DNA of 64,000 nt from Candidatus Dadabacteria bacterium (GTDB lineage Bacteria; Desulfobacterota_D; UBA1144; Nemesobacterales; CSP1-2): NCBI GenBank assembly GCA_963805855.1, contig CAWDVW010000006.1, positions 64,001-128,000 on the forward strand, written 5' to 3'. A model generated the notes under the pieces. That model did not search any database, was not told the DNA's origin, and saw nothing but the letters and a program-made list of their open reading frames with translations. This document shows positions 20,961 to 30,403 of this stretch, in pieces (the first letter of the stretch is position 1; each line of letters starts with the position of its first letter). A program made the position numbers and the translations under genes.

Positions 20961-21330
20961 GACCTTTTATGACTGCTTCTCTAAAATTAAATAGTTTCGC
21001 TCCCAATTCTTCGTACCTATCAAAGAGATTTTCAAACAGTTCTTTATTGAGGGAGCCTGTTTCGTGAAGTATCTCCAGATGCACTTTGGTTTCGTCACAG
21101 GAAGCAATAGAATATGTTAAAAACTGTATGAATTCATTTTTATATCTTCTTCTACCAAATCCCTCGGCCAAATTAGAAACTACCGATTTTGAAGATCGCC
21201 TTATTTGACTACCCTCTTCGTACATTTCCAATCTTGGTAAATCTTCAACTGTCAATGCATGGATCGTAATTGATAGCTCTTTTGAGAGTAGATATACATC
21301 AAGGTCTTTGAATGATTTTGGTCTTTTCAT
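20947..21330 (-). CDS. Four helix bundle protein (23S rRNA IVS-protein / Avd-like family)
   Basis: [47 protein letters not shown]. Confidence 0.92.
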   Translation of the reverse strand: MKRPKSFKDLDVYLLSKELSITIHALTVEDLPRLEMYEEGSQIRRSSKSVVSNLAEGFGRRRYKNEFIQFLTYSIASCDETKVHLEILHETGSLNKELFENLFDRYEELGAKLFNFREAVIKGHRTS

Positions 21331-21420
21331 TATCTACGATTCAGGCACAGGGATTCAACTTGAAGTGATCATAATGTCCCCAGCAAATTATATATCCATT
21401 ATCACACATGTGTTGCCTTC

Positions 21421-21476
21421 ATCATGCATCCTGAATCCTGCATCATGCATCATGGATCGTGCATCCTGCATCATTC
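21421..21476 (-). repeat. Heptamer tandem array (8 units, GATGCAG family on minus strand), right arm of the inverted repeat
   Basis: ATCATGC ATCCTGA ATCCTGC ATCATGC ATCATGG ATCGTGC ATCCTGC ATCATTC; begins at the stop codon of the upstream gene. Confidence 0.9.
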
Positions 21477-22766
21477 CACAAGCTCTGGGTGCCAAAGCAT
21501 GAAGTGGTTCTTATGTATGTCGGTGTAAGCACCTTCAGTATAGTATTTATCATAAAATTCAAGATCCAGGTGATGTGCCTGAAAGACAAGTCTTACAAAC
21601 ATGGGATCAAGAAATGCAGGAAATCTCCCGTAGTTTTCGTAGACATAGCTACAGAAGTCTTTGACGATCTCGATCCTCTCGTCTGATGGGTGGTATTCAT
21701 CTTCAAGGACCCCCTTTGGGTCTTGATATGGGTAGGGATTTTCTTCTTTCCAGAATTCACCTCTTACCTTTAGAAATTTATCAACAGCCTCTCTCATGTC
21801 CTTGACATAGGGCGGGCAAAGCGCTTCGAAGAGACCGTCCCTTCCAACAGGAATAGGACTTGGTATGCTCCGGAGGGTTTTCTCGGGCTTTACGAATCGA
21901 AACCCCAGCCCTTTGTAGGAAGGGTCCAATCCGAGGGCGTAGTGAGGGAGTAGTCCTGTAAATGCCCATCCGCCAAGTCCTAGTGACTGGAGGGCGAGGT
22001 TCATATTCTGACAAATAAAGGCCTGTTCGACATTTAGCGTCGTCAGTACCCTGAGTTCCAGGTCGAATAGGGACATCCTCACATCGTTTCTTATATAACC
22101 CTTTTTGATCCATTTATCCAAGCCGCAGGACCGCCCACCATTTAACTCGTCAATTATGTTAAACCCATATTTAGCGCCAAAGTAGATGAAGAGGAGTACC
22201 ATGTATTCAACCGTTATGTTTGTGACCGGTACGAAGAATGTCGTTCCGGGTTTATTCGTATTCCAGGCGTTGAAATCAAAAAGCCCCGGTTCGCCTTTTG
22301 GTAGTTCTGCTCTTCCATCCTGAAGCTTTATCTGGCTTTTCCTAAAAAGCTGAAGTACCTTCGCCAGTTTTTCCTCCTCCGATTTTCCCGGGAAAATAGA
22401 CGTCTCACCAGGGTCGGGCATGAGGTTAAAAAGTTTTATCATGTAAACCCCATTATCGTTTGTATAAAAGAGCTCAGTCGAGTGGGAGTTACATGAACAA
22501 GGCCAGGAGCGTCCTGTCCATTGAAATAGCCAGGAGATTCCGGTTCGTGGGAGGTCTCCGAGTGAAAGTCCCGTCAAACCGGTGCCCGCCCAAATTAGAA
22601 AGGCCTCCTCCAGTTCTGTGAGGGGTATCGGTTCAAACCTAGATTTATGTTTCAGCGTTCCGTCCTTTATCTCCATACCGAGTCCAAACCTTCTCGACCG
22701 CCTTGTAAATATCGAGTCGAGAAGACCGAAGTTCAATGCGACATTAAGCCCTTCAGGAATGTTCAT
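21471..22766 (-). CDS. Uncharacterised protein, probable nitroreductase-fold (SagB-like)
   Basis: TRRSRRF (RRSxR FMN-phosphate motif), GRSWPCS, QNMNLALQSLGLGGW. Confidence 0.55.
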   Translation of the reverse strand: MNIPEGLNVALNFGLLDSIFTRRSRRFGLGMEIKDGTLKHKSRFEPIPLTELEEAFLIWAGTGLTGLSLGDLPRTGISWLFQWTGRSWPCSCNSHSTELFYTNDNGVYMIKLFNLMPDPGETSIFPGKSEEEKLAKVLQLFRKSQIKLQDGRAELPKGEPGLFDFNAWNTNKPGTTFFVPVTNITVEYMVLLFIYFGAKYGFNIIDELNGGRSCGLDKWIKKGYIRNDVRMSLFDLELRVLTTLNVEQAFICQNMNLALQSLGLGGWAFTGLLPHYALGLDPSYKGLGFRFVKPEKTLRSIPSPIPVGRDGLFEALCPPYVKDMREAVDKFLKVRGEFWKEENPYPYQDPKGVLEDEYHPSDERIEIVKDFCSYVYENYGRFPAFLDPMFVRLVFQAHHLDLEFYDKYYTEGAYTDIHKNHFMLWHPELVE

Positions 22767-22797
22767 GGTGTATCTCCTCCCAATCGCTGTTTTAAAA

Positions 22798-23844
22798 TTA
22801 CCTAAAAAATGGAATCACTCGCTCTGTTAAAACCTTGTAACTCCAATCGGGATCTGCGCTGAAGTTGTGGATGAGAAAATGGTTAACTCCGGCATCGATG
22901 TATTCCTCGATTCTTTTTATGCAATCCTCTGCGGACCCTGAAAGCGTAAAATCAAATACTGACTCCTTAGAAAAATACTTTCCTAAATCTGCTAGTTTTT
23001 TCTTAGAAATTTCATCAGTGGTAACCACATCCATGTAGCTGAAGCCTTTAAATTCTTCTGGTAGCTTTACATTGTAGGCTTCTTCGTAAAGCTCTGACCA
23101 AATTAATGTATGTCTCAAGTGTTCTAAGGGTTTAAATGCCGACTCTTTATCATTGGCGATTGAAATGAAGATGTACAGGCATTTATCAAAATGATTTAGG
23201 TTTTTCCCGGAACTTACTCTCCGCTGCTCCACCTGTTTTCGCCTTTTGGAAAACAGGACGGGGGGTTGGGGGAGGGTTATCCAACCGTCGCCCATCTCGG
23301 CCGCGACTCGTAGACTTCTTTCACGGTGTGCTGCTATGTAGATAGGAACCTTCCCTCTTGTTGGCTTCGAACCGAGAATGGCTTTTTCAAATCTGAAGAA
23401 TTCACCTTCAAAGTCGAAAGGCTTCTCCTTTTCCCAGAGCATTCTAATAAGTTTGATTGACTCAACCATGCGTGACAATGGCTTATCCCACTTGATGCCA
23501 AAAGGGTCGAGATTCATCGCCTCTCCGAGCCCAAGCCCCAGGATGAACCTTCCATCTGTCAAATGATCTATTGTCGCAAGACGCTGAGCAAGCACGGCGG
23601 GGTGGTATTTATGTGCATCTGAAATAGAGCCCATTTGTATTTTTCTTGTCGTCAGAGCCGCGGCAGTAATTGTGGATAACACATCGTAGGCGACCGGTCT
23701 CATAAAGACCATATGATCTCCAGCCCAGAAGCTGTCAAATTCTGCCCCCTCTGCACGCACAATAAAATCGAGAAGCCTTTTCGGGTTTTCTCCGGCAGGT
23801 GCCACAATGCCAAACTTTATTCTATTCATGCGGTCGGATCTCAC
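22798..23844 (-). CDS. LLM-class flavin (FMN/F420)-dependent oxidoreductase
   Basis: FDSFWAGDH, HPAVLAQRLATIDHLTDGRFILGLGLG, GDGWI, AGVNHF. Confidence 0.9.
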   Translation of the reverse strand: MRSDRMNRIKFGIVAPAGENPKRLLDFIVRAEGAEFDSFWAGDHMVFMRPVAYDVLSTITAAALTTRKIQMGSISDAHKYHPAVLAQRLATIDHLTDGRFILGLGLGEAMNLDPFGIKWDKPLSRMVESIKLIRMLWEKEKPFDFEGEFFRFEKAILGSKPTRGKVPIYIAAHRERSLRVAAEMGDGWITLPQPPVLFSKRRKQVEQRRVSSGKNLNHFDKCLYIFISIANDKESAFKPLEHLRHTLIWSELYEEAYNVKLPEEFKGFSYMDVVTTDEISKKKLADLGKYFSKESVFDFTLSGSAEDCIKRIEEYIDAGVNHFLIHNFSADPDWSYKVLTERVIPFFR

Positions 23845-24226
23845 TGATCTATATTATAACTATGGGAAGATACTTGCAATGAAGCAAGGACCATATTTGT
23901 TCGATCTTGAATATCTCGCGCCGTATTATCATTCATTTAACACGGCTAAGCCACCAGTCCCTGTCCCGCCAAAACGGGTAGCCCACCAGTCTTGCTGGTG
24001 GGACGGTCAATTGGCACGGGCAAGTCTGCCCTGAGCAATGCCGAAGGGACTCGTGACCTCCCCAAGGACCCCAATTGTTACGAGCAACCTGTCTACGGCC
24101 CTTCGTCTGAACTCACTACAATTTGGTCGAGGGAGAATCGAATTATTAGTTTGAATGATTGTTCGAGAGACTAATTTTAAGTTAGAAAGAATGGAGAATC
24201 CGTTTCCAAAAATTTGAAATTCAGGA

Positions 24227-24673
24227 TTATTTGTTTCGACAATCGGAACAGATTCCGTTGAGTTGGATTGTATATCCGACCAGCTTATACTCCAGTAAGG
24301 CCTTTTGGGGAATGGTTAGATTCGCGAGTGAATCATCATAAAAGTCCTCTACCTTCTTACACACGACGCATACCAGGTGATGGTGGGGTTCTAAATTTGC
24401 GTCGTATCGGGCGGCATTGTAAAGAACGTTTACGACGGAGACCAAGCCTAATTTCTCAAAAGTCTCAAGCGTCCTATAAACAGTGGTCAGTGAAATATTT
24501 GGGTAATATTTCAAGATCTTTTTATAAATGGTTTCGGTGCTGGGATGTTCATCGGTGTCTGCAAGTTCTTTATAGATTGCAATTCTCTGCGGAGTAACCT
24601 TGATCCCGAGTTTTTTACATCGGTTAATAAATGAAGTTACCTTTTCTTCAGCTAGCCCGATTTCTTGTTGCAT
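24227..24673 (-). CDS. Fur-family regulator, PerR-like
   Basis: TPQRIAI, HPSTE, TVYRTL, HHHLVCVVC, C-terminal CSDC. Confidence 0.9.
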   Translation of the reverse strand: MQQEIGLAEEKVTSFINRCKKLGIKVTPQRIAIYKELADTDEHPSTETIYKKILKYYPNISLTTVYRTLETFEKLGLVSVVNVLYNAARYDANLEPHHHLVCVVCKKVEDFYDDSLANLTIPQKALLEYKLVGYTIQLNGICSDCRNK

Positions 24674-24904
24674 ATGAGTAATTATATAAAATTTTAATTA
24701 AAATTATAAAAAATGCTAGTCCAAAGAAAATGTTATCGCTAAAAAGGTACAGAAGTGGTTTATTTGATGTTTAAATTATAAAGAATATATTTACCTGAAT
24801 CTTCTTGCTTCTAAGAGGTATAAACATAGCATCTTAGGTTCGATTAAACTTTTATCGATGCCTCTCGTTGGAAGCAGGAATCCGTATTCGTTGATGCATC
24901 AAAT

Positions 24905-25546
24905 ATGAAGGTTCTCGAGGCGTTGAAGAAATATAAGGTGGTTTCGGTGATACGAGCCGAGGATGCTATAAGGGCTAGGGAGATGGCAGAGGCATGTATC
25001 TGCGGAGGCATAAAGCTTATTGAGATCACCTTTTCTTTTCCCAATGTCGAAGATCTTTTGGCGGACCTAGCGGCGAAAAAAGACTGCCTAATTGGAGCGG
25101 GAACGGTTCTAAGCCGGGAAATGGCCGAGATAGCCGTTGAATCTGGGGCAAAGTTCATAGTTTCCCCACATACCGATGGGAAGATAGTTTCTTATGTTAA
25201 ATCGAGAGATATAGTCGCAATAGCGGGCGCCCTCACTTCATCGGAGATAGTGAATGCATGGAAGCTCGGCGCGGACATGGTAAAGATATTCCCGATCAAA
25301 TCCATTGGAGGCCCTTCCTACGTAAAGGCGATAAAGGAAACGCTGCCATTTATTGAAATAATGACCACGGGTGGAGTAACGGTTGAGAACTTCACTGATT
25401 TTTTAAATGCGGGTGCTACAATTGTGGGTCTATCGAGTGACTTGATTGGCAGGGATGGTTTTTTTGATAGGGAAGCAACGTTTAGTAGGTCAAAGACCGT
25501 TATTGAAAAATTGACGATGAATGCTGAGGGCACTGGAGGTGGTTGA
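24905..25546 (+). CDS. eda: KDPG/KHG aldolase
   Basis: IEIT, IGAGTV, FIVSP, VKIFP, TGGV. Confidence 0.88.
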   Translation: MKVLEALKKYKVVSVIRAEDAIRAREMAEACICGGIKLIEITFSFPNVEDLLADLAAKKDCLIGAGTVLSREMAEIAVESGAKFIVSPHTDGKIVSYVKSRDIVAIAGALTSSEIVNAWKLGADMVKIFPIKSIGGPSYVKAIKETLPFIEIMTTGGVTVENFTDFLNAGATIVGLSSDLIGRDGFFDREATFSRSKTVIEKLTMNAEGTGGG

Positions 25547-25680
25547 ACGATTATTTTAAGTTACCTCCAGGTTGTATTCTGAAATTCTATGAAAAATCAG
25601 GTCAATTTGTGTTTTTACAACCTATGCTCTGTTATATGGATTGTGTTTCCCCGAAAACACCGGTGGAGGGGTAAAACAAT

Positions 25681-27174
25681 TTGAACATTCTTTTTATCTC
25701 ACCTGAAATGGAACCTATCGCCAAGGTGGGCGGCCTTGCCGATGTTATAGGGGCTTTGCCAAGAAAGCTGATAGATTTGGGGTGCGATGTTAGGGTGGTC
25801 ATCCCCTTTTATCGAGATGCCAGGGAAAATATAAAGAGCTTGAAGCTGAGATCTAATCGTTTGAAGGAAGAGATTATTACTTGTATTGACTGGCTTCCTG
25901 TCAAAGGAGAAGTACATGAAATAACGATACATGGGGTGACGGTCTATTTACTTAGAAATGATGCACTTTATGACCGCGAACATATTTACACCGCAACTGA
26001 AGGCGATTATGACGATAATGATTTGAGGTTTGGCTTCCTGTCTTTGGGAGCGCTTGAAATAGCCAAAACACTTAATTTCAGGCCCGACATCATTCACTGT
26101 CACGATTGGCAGACCTCCCTTGTCCCCATCTGTCTTAAATGGAGGAAGCGTCTGAAGGACGATCCTTTTTTCAGGGACTCGAAAATAATTTTTACTATCC
26201 ATAACCTTGCTTTCCAGGGGCAATTTAATAAAGACATTCTGGACAAATTTGGGTTGCCTTGGTTTTTATACACCCCTCATGGCATCGAGTTTTATGGCAA
26301 GGTTAATCTTTTAAAGGGTGGGATCACATATTCGGACTGTGTAACCACTGTTAGTCAAACCTATGCTGAGGAGATAAAAACAGCACAATATGGATATGGA
26401 TTGGATGGTATTCTCAGGTCTATATCTCAGGACTCAAATAATGTGATCGGCATTCTGAACGGCATCGATTACGACGAATGGAATCCCCAAACAGATCGAG
26501 CCCTTTATAGAAATTACGATGTGTCACAGATAGGCGGCAAGTCTATAAATAAGACCGAGCTCATAAAGGAAGTCGGACTTACGCCGAAGGATGATCAGCC
26601 CCTCCTCGGAATCGTTTCGAGACTAACTGAACAGAAGGGGACAGACCTGATCGTTGATTCCCTGGCTCAGATTTTTGACCTTGGATATCAGGTGGTAATA
26701 CTTGGAGATGGCGAAGAAAGGTATGAGAGGATGCTTGTAGCCGCACGAAATAGATTCAAAAACAGCTTGTCGGTTGTCTTGGGGTTTAATGACGAATTGG
26801 CCAGAAAAATATATGCAGGGTGTGATTTTTTCCTGATGCCGTCACGATACGAACCGTGTGGCCTTGGACAACTTATTGCCTTGAGATATGGGAGTATTCC
26901 GATTGTAAGAGGGACAGGCGGACTGGCTGATACGGTGGTAGACTATACTGCCTCGAAGGAAAAGGGCAATGGATTTGTTTTTTACGAATTTTCCAAGGTT
27001 AGTTTCCTTGATGCTCTCATCAGGGCTCTTTCTGTATATGATAATAAGGCTGAGCTGGAAGAGATTATTCAAAGGGCGATGAACCAAGACTTCTCGTGGA
27101 AAAGGTCAAGCCAATTATACTATGATCTCTACCAAAGCGTTATTAAGACTGAGAGAAAGGGTAGGGACAGGTAG
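25681..27174 (+). CDS. glgA: Glycogen synthase
   Basis: KVGGLADV, HCHDWQT, TIHNLAFQG, PSRYEPCGLGQL, TGGLADTV. Confidence 0.95.
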   Translation: MNILFISPEMEPIAKVGGLADVIGALPRKLIDLGCDVRVVIPFYRDARENIKSLKLRSNRLKEEIITCIDWLPVKGEVHEITIHGVTVYLLRNDALYDREHIYTATEGDYDDNDLRFGFLSLGALEIAKTLNFRPDIIHCHDWQTSLVPICLKWRKRLKDDPFFRDSKIIFTIHNLAFQGQFNKDILDKFGLPWFLYTPHGIEFYGKVNLLKGGITYSDCVTTVSQTYAEEIKTAQYGYGLDGILRSISQDSNNVIGILNGIDYDEWNPQTDRALYRNYDVSQIGGKSINKTELIKEVGLTPKDDQPLLGIVSRLTEQKGTDLIVDSLAQIFDLGYQVVILGDGEERYERMLVAARNRFKNSLSVVLGFNDELARKIYAGCDFFLMPSRYEPCGLGQLIALRYGSIPIVRGTGGLADTVVDYTASKEKGNGFVFYEFSKVSFLDALIRALSVYDNKAELEEIIQRAMNQDFSWKRSSQLYYDLYQSVIKTERKGRDR

Positions 27175-27313
27175 AAGGATTTGAAGGTCTTGATCAGATA
27201 TTTGGTCGGTTAAGTTTTTACATTAATTGATTCGATTATTTTGGTACGTAGATGGGGAATCTACGTAAAAGTTAATTTGCTAATGTCTAGCAGGTTGTTA
27301 TAAGGGTTTCTGC

Positions 27314-27700
27314 TGTTTGCTGTAGATGTTAGATACCGGGACAATAAGCTTAATGCATCAAAAATGCCAATCAATTCCGGAAGCGTTAAGAAAGATTGGG
27401 TTGTGGTTGGATTAGATATTTTAGTCGTTATGTCATCCCCGAGATTTTGTCGGGGATCCAGAAATAAAGGCATGGATTCTCGCTTACGATCCGCGGGAAT
27501 GACAATACGGGACGGTCTTGTTCTGAGTCCTGAGTTCCATCGAAGGATCGAAGGGTTGTTCCTTGTATCAAGACAAAGAAAATAAAAAATTAACCGATGG
27601 ATCCCCGATTAAGCTTGTCCCCGCATGTAGCTGGCGGGGAACATTCGAGGATGACGGATGAGTAAATTTCAGAAATTTATTATATTTTTGGATTCTCCCT
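27314..27700 (-). mobile_element. Degenerate, truncated second copy of the MITE at 46793-47194, in opposite orientation, with nested REP palindromes
   Basis: TIR-like TTGCTGTAGATGTTAGATACCGGGACA; TGCCAATCAATTCCGGAAGCGTTAA matches the reverse complement of about 47100-47126; 27556-27681 matches the reverse complement of 46842-46970. Confidence 0.7.
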
Positions 27701-27726
27701 CAAGGGGATCTGTGAGAAATTGAAAC

Positions 27727-28098
27727 ATGCAAATGAACGGTAAACAGCAAAGAATACATATATCTGAAATCGATGAATTTCTGGCCCGTAGTTTGACCGC
27801 AGGTCAGATGAAGCCATTTCGGCTTGCATTAAGCAAGAACGGCGACCAGGGATATCTAAAGGCATTTATAGCAGAAAATGATGAGTTTAGTGAAGATGAC
27901 GGTGTAGATTTCGAGTTATCACCTTGTGAAAATAAAGACCTCGACGAGTTTGATATCAGCGATTTCGTTATGAAGGCTGTATATACGAGCTCAGCCTACG
28001 AGCTTTTTGATTATATTTTTACATATTGCCATTCGATAGAGTGTGTTGTCGATTTTAAAGAAAATGCCTGGTTAGTGAAGGTCGTGAAGACCGGTTAA
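27727..28098 (+). CDS. Hypothetical acidic protein
   Basis: 123-aa ORF with ATG start, closely followed by the next ORF. Confidence 0.55.
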   Translation: MQMNGKQQRIHISEIDEFLARSLTAGQMKPFRLALSKNGDQGYLKAFIAENDEFSEDDGVDFELSPCENKDLDEFDISDFVMKAVYTSSAYELFDYIFTYCHSIECVVDFKENAWLVKVVKTG

Positions 28099-28104
28099 CG
28101 GTAA

Positions 28105-28626
28105 ATGAAAAAGAGAGAACTAAAGTTGGCGGCTAAGCTATGGGGTGAGATTCGTAATTCTCTTTTGCTGTGTGGTGATATTGGAGAATTCTCACCTGAA
28201 GATTTTGAATACTCTGATATTCCCAGGGTCATATGGTATGAGAGACCGGTCCTGCCGCTATTGCTTTTGGAGAGGCTCCGGGATCTGGACGTTGAGGTGA
28301 ATGAGGTATTCTGGAACGTATTTGAAGCTTTGGCAATCGGTGCGGCTAGAAGGTTAGGCTTTGAAGGCAAGATGGCAATAGTGTTTGCCGATTCGCTGAC
28401 GTGTGTTAGAACGCACATGGTTGGAGGACATCGAACACAGGCCGAGCAGTGTATTTCTCAGGAAATCTTTTTAAGAGAGGTGCCACTCGAATCAGACTGG
28501 GATCCTAATTCGGTTCAAGTTCAGAGGCAACACCTACTAATCTTTAAAAAAATCAAGGAATGGCAGCTTGACCCTGCTCTCTATAAGCAAGAAATCAGCA
28601 AATTCTGGAGCGAACGGAACACCTAG
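28105..28626 (+). CDS. Hypothetical protein
   Basis: 173-aa ORF, 6 bp after the previous ORF; no recognised motif. Confidence 0.6.
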   Translation: MKKRELKLAAKLWGEIRNSLLLCGDIGEFSPEDFEYSDIPRVIWYERPVLPLLLLERLRDLDVEVNEVFWNVFEALAIGAARRLGFEGKMAIVFADSLTCVRTHMVGGHRTQAEQCISQEIFLREVPLESDWDPNSVQVQRQHLLIFKKIKEWQLDPALYKQEISKFWSERNT

Positions 28627-28744
28627 TGCACGTGATTGAACCTCATATAATCGATAATCTCACTGGTCGAGCGGTCATCGGCAAAGTTCATTCTCCGGCT
28701 TTATGCGCCCCACTCGATCATTCTCTCAATTGCTGGGAAAGCGG

Positions 28745-29821
28745 TTAAAAGTAGTTGATTATTCTGTAGAATGTATCTCTCTGTGCGGGCTTGAATCCGG
28801 CGCTACTTATCATATGAGCAAGCTCATCGACCGTCGATCTGAGTTTATTTTCAGCGCAGCCCAAAACGTTTTCATCGTATAATGTGCCCCCTAAATCGTT
28901 TGCACCGTAATGGACGGAAATCGAGCCCATCTTCTTGCCTTGAGTAAACCATGAACCCTGAATGTGGGTAATATTGTCAAGATAAATTCTTGATAAAGCA
29001 AGGACACGCAGGTATCTGTCCCCACTGATTTCATGGGGAAGCTTTCGTTCTAGAAATGTATTCTTCGGTTTAAATGTCCAGGGAATAAACGCTAGAAAGC
29101 CCGAAGTCTCATCCTGAAGGGCTCTTATTCTTTCAAGGTGCTCAATGATATCTGCGTCCTCTTCAAAATGTCCAAACATCATAGTGGCAGTGGTTTTAAA
29201 ACCGATCATATGTGACTCTCTGGTTACCTCTATCCACTGATCAGCGTTTATTTTCAACGGACTTATCCTTTTTCTAATTCTATTACTCAGAACCTCAGCC
29301 CCGCCTCCGGGTATCGTTCTGAGGCCCGCCCCCCATAGTTTTTCCAATACCTCTTTTGTGGTAATTTCTGAATATTTTGCTATTGCGCTAATCTCGGGGG
29401 CTGAAAAGGCATGGAGATGAAGATCGGGAATCTCTTCGTTCACCCTCCTCACCAATTCAACGTAGTATTCGAGCTTCAATTCCGGGTTATGACCACCTTG
29501 CAAGAGTACAGTGGTGGCTCCATTGTGAAAAGATGTCTTCATGAGCGTAATGAGCTGATCTATCGATAAGGTATAGGCGTCTGAGGCACCCGGTGGTCTC
29601 CAGAATGCGCAGAAAAGGCATTCTGTGTCACACACATTTGTATAATTCGGGTTTGTGTCTGCTACGAATGTAACATATCCATCGGGGTGGAATCTCTTTC
29701 TAGTTATGTCTGCTAAGGCGCCTAATTCAAGCAGGTCGGTTTCACTGAGGAGTGCGAGTCCTGCATCAGGAGTTATACGCTCTTGGCTCAACACCTTACT
29801 GACAACATCGTTTATTGCCAT
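28745..29821 (-). CDS. mqnC: Cyclic dehypoxanthinyl futalosine synthase (radical SAM, futalosine pathway)
   Basis: NYTNVCDTECLFCAF, LQGGHNP, PGGGAEVL, TATMMFGH, FIPWTF, GANDLGG. Confidence 0.88.
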   Translation of the reverse strand: MAINDVVSKVLSQERITPDAGLALLSETDLLELGALADITRKRFHPDGYVTFVADTNPNYTNVCDTECLFCAFWRPPGASDAYTLSIDQLITLMKTSFHNGATTVLLQGGHNPELKLEYYVELVRRVNEEIPDLHLHAFSAPEISAIAKYSEITTKEVLEKLWGAGLRTIPGGGAEVLSNRIRKRISPLKINADQWIEVTRESHMIGFKTTATMMFGHFEEDADIIEHLERIRALQDETSGFLAFIPWTFKPKNTFLERKLPHEISGDRYLRVLALSRIYLDNITHIQGSWFTQGKKMGSISVHYGANDLGGTLYDENVLGCAENKLRSTVDELAHMISSAGFKPAQRDTFYRIINYF

Positions 29822-30010
29822 TTCTTATTTATTGAACCCAATAGCGCATTGAGTGTCAATCTGAGTATGGTTCTAGGGCAGTACAGTCCAGGGTTCAAGG
29901 TATGAATTATCTCTAAATCTCAAAATAATAATTCCAGGTGAGTACATAAGCCCTGAGATGATACTACTAACTCATCGATAAGCCCTGGAAGGGTTCGCCT
30001 GGTATGACAA

Positions 30011-30256
30011 GGCGAGGTTTTCCAACCCCGCACGGATAATACATAACGATTGGAAACCTAAAGGTTTCCGCTACATTTAGCTATAACGCAGTTTTATGTA
30101 GCGGAGGACTTTAGTCCTCCATAAAATCAATGGAATGGAAACAATCGGGAAACAAATGTCCCGAGACGGGAGATTCCTGTCCCGTTCAATAAAAATGTTG
30201 CCCATCTAATCCGGCTTATACAATCAAATTGAATCGGGGGTTGGAAAACCCCGACT
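30011..30256. repeat. Cluster of nested REP-like inverted pairs
   Basis: GGTTTTCCAACCCC (30016-29) / GGGGTTGGAAAACC (30237-50); GGAAACCTAAAGGTTTCCGCTACAT / ATGTAGCGGAGGACTTTAGTCCTCC. Confidence 0.6.
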
Positions 30257-30403
30257 ATCCGGCTGTAGACCGTTACAGAAGAATCTCGATCAACAACTCG
30301 GAGCTCGGAGTGAACGGCTTTACACCAGGACAAATTGTACGCCGCTGCCTACCTAAGGTAGTCAACTTGAGAGTGCTATGAAACAAGTGTAGATTATTCA
30401 ACT

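Noticed and set aside
20947-21330. Diversity-generating retroelement (Avd-like gene)
   Set aside because: No reverse transcriptase, and no TR/VR pair differing at adenines was seen
24674-24790. Per/Fur box upstream of the perR-like gene
   Set aside because: The region is extremely AT-rich and no clean 7-1-7 palindrome stands out
27364-27585. Short ORFs within repeats (also 44-250, 21308-21502, 40913-41159, 46821-47257)
   Set aside because: They are translations of REP, MITE or heptamer sequence
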